64,000 bases of DNA, taken from contig RHPI01001116.1 of NCBI GenBank assembly GCA_009103225.1, forward strand, positions 949,267 to 1,013,266, in the 5' to 3' direction. Below are positions 61,695 through 64,000 of the stretch, one piece after another (the first letter of the stretch is position 1; each line of letters starts with the position of its first letter). The stretch is from Chlorokybus atmophyticus. Taxonomy: Eukaryota; Plantae; Mesostigma and Chlorokybus algae. The notes under the pieces were generated by a model. It was not told the DNA's origin. It was given only the letters and a program-made list of their open reading frames with translations, and searched no databases. The translations under genes and the position numbers were made by a program.

Positions 61695-62115
61695 CACAGG
61701 GCTTTTCACGCGCGGACCAGTTGGAGGCGGCGCGCAGACCACGTCTGGTACGCAACGGCGTACCAGTGCCGCGGCTGGTCCGGCGTGACCGGACCACTGG
61801 TGGTCCGGCCCCGGAGCTGGACGCCATGGTCCGATCAACCGAACTAGGGCTGGTCGCGTGCCCCGCGGCCTGTGGACCGGCACAGCACTGGTATGGTATG
61901 CGATCCACACGGTAGGACCAGGGCTAATCGCGACTTACGAACCACAGCAGCACTGGTACATGTGAACAGGGGGACCAAGACTGGTGCAAGCTACACTGTA
62001 GTACACTGATGTACGACCGTGCATACCATAGATGGTACGCATTGCACTAGATGCACGGTGCTGCACCAAGCACGGTGCCGTGGCTGTCTCAGCGTACGGA
62101 CCGGTCCTTGCACAC
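61695..62115. mobile_element. Possible left end of another CACTA-like element
   Basis: It starts CACAGGG five bases after the pogo TA and is dense in GGACC/GGTCC motifs resembling those of the 10750-12735 element. No matching right end is seen in the window. Confidence 0.3.
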
Positions 62116-62476
62116 GTCAGCAAGTAGGCTAAGATGAGTTCAAGCCAGCCGGAAAGCCCGAGGGGGTTTCAGTGTCTCAAAAACGTTGACTGCAGGCGAC
62201 TGCGATTAACACCGTTCGCCGTCTGTTGACGCTCCCAAGAGTAGATTTGGTCGACAAGAGTCGGCTGATGTCGACGCTTAACGGCGTCTGTGTGGACACT
62301 GAAGATTGATACTGGTTGCTCCAAGTCGACGTTATGGTCGCTGCAACGGTATCAACCTGAGCGCGCTCATTTTGCAAAATTCAAACGTGTTGATGTCATT
62401 GGCAGGGTGTGGAGCTCATTGTTCGGGGGGGCGGTAATAGCGAGTACTGGGTTGGCGGTGGCCGCAGGGGCGCGAG

Positions 62477-63192
62477 ATGGGTAGTCATGGTGGTCATCGT
62501 GGTGAGGGTGGGGACGATAGGGGTGGTGGCTTGTTTGGGTCTCCTGCTAACGATGAGGTTAGCGGGGATGCTGGGGAGCGCTGTGAGGACGCATCTCAGG
62601 CCGACGCTGGCCGTGAACGTGGGCGCGAGGTTGCTGAGGAGCGCACTGCGAGTTCACCTGCTGATGAGGCTGCTAAGAAGCGGCGTAGGCTCCAGCAGGC
62701 TGCATCGGCCCGGAAGTACAGAGCCAAGAGGAAGGATGTGATCGAGACATTGCGTGCCGACCTCAACCTGTCTGATGGTATGCCAGACAGTGAGGTGCTC
62801 ATCCAAGTTGCCTGTTCGGGGCGGTGCTGGAAGTTGCAGTCTGATCGCCGCACTCTGGTGATGTTGAATGTAAGTTATGCAGTAATGTTAGCTGTGGTTG
62901 CATGTAAGTTGTTTCACTCACTTGCGCATACTCAAGGTTCTGAAGGGTCTTGGTTTGCAGGGTGTGCATCCTGAGTGGCGTCTGCCTGGCTCTGCTGGCT
63001 CGCAAGAAGCTAATGCGGCATGAGTTCAAGCCTGAAGCCGGCCAGACAACGGCAGGCATTGCCTTGCCGGCTGGAGTTATCCTAAGCGTTGGCAGCAGTG
63101 TTTGCTGCCGCAGCACTGCTTGCTGCCGCAGCACTGCCTCGGCTGCTGCCGACAACAAGGTAAAGGCGGCGGAGTTGGCGCCTGGTTGCTGA
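62477..63192 (+). CDS. Hypothetical small protein with a basic DNA-binding-like segment; probably 2 or more exons
   Basis: ATG at 62477, then MGSHGGHRGEGGDD...AAKKRRRLQQAASARKYRAKRKDVIETLRADLNLSDGMPDSEVLIQVA. Candidate donor gtaag at about 62871 and an exon-like continuation at about 62961-63192. Confidence 0.4.
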
Positions 63193-63766
63193 CCGCGCAG
63201 CTTACCAGCAGCCCCAGGCCGATGAGATTTATGGCGTTTTTACATTGTCACTTAGCGTGTAGGACACGGTGAGCGCTGATGTCCAGCAAACAACGCATTC
63301 TACATGTATGCTTCCACACCGCTCATGAGGAAGCATGCAAGTAAGCGGCTGGTGCAATCTCACTGTAGTTTCTCACTGTTTCAGTGAGAAACTACAGTGA
63401 GATTGCATTTCAATAGTTTCACTGTCATTCTGCTGCTTAAAAGGGTGGGAGATCCCCACAGCTTCCCCGCCGTTGCTTGCTGGTTGTTGCTGTTGCATGC
63501 CCAGTTGATGCTGCCGCTGCTGCAGCCTGGCATGGCTTGGCGTGATTTGTTTTTACTATGGTTTTGACATTGCCGTAAGCTTAGCTTAGCTTGCAGCTGT
63601 CATTCTTCAATGGTCATGCAGTATGCCGTGGCTGTATGCACAGCCGCTGCTTCAGCGGGAGCAGAGGTTGGTTGTTGGTTAGGGTTAGTTGATGATGTTA
63701 ACTGTTTTCGTGCTGTTTTTGCTGTCTTCCTGCTGCTGTCGTGCTTTGAGACAAACACATGGAGAC

Positions 63767-64000
<234 letters not shown>

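Noticed and set aside
62225-62335. Cluster of GTCGAC/GTTGAC hexamers
   Set aside because: Spacing is irregular and the motif is too short to support a regulatory claim.

Overview
Eukaryotic nuclear DNA from a green alga. The evidence is psbP with a transit peptide and many short GT-AG introns; an early-diverging streptophyte is my inference, not something shown. About 3.2-19 kb is a nested stack of decayed transposons. (i) A non-LTR (CRE/R2-like) RT fragment. (ii) Interrupting it, a minus-strand Ty3/Gypsy element whose pol reads protease - C5 cytosine DNA methyltransferase - RT - RNase H - integrase - PHD finger; it is frameshifted and has stop codons, and its 1.16 kb LTR has an unusual self-repeated A-B-A structure. 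(iii) A non-autonomous CACTA-type element with a 3-bp TSD, carrying a tRNA-like relic. (iv) A chromovirus with both LTRs and a 5-bp TSD, whose RT region is replaced by gag+LTR sequence of a relative of the DNMT element. About 23-57.4 kb is compact ordinary gene space: PHT1/PTA-type phosphate transporter, an unknown protein, psbP, RRP5, ABCB28-like, URB1 and an SVIP-like gene. The end of the window has a complete but pseudogenised pogo-like transposon with TIRs and TA TSD, a small basic-region ORF and an artefactual poly-C run. The main highlight is a retrotransposon carrying both a DNA-methylation writer and a histone-reader module. Retrotransposon-borne DNMTs are a published class (dinoflagellates and charophytes), so any novelty lies in lineage and architecture and needs database checks I could not run. 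All family assignments come from motif recognition by eye.
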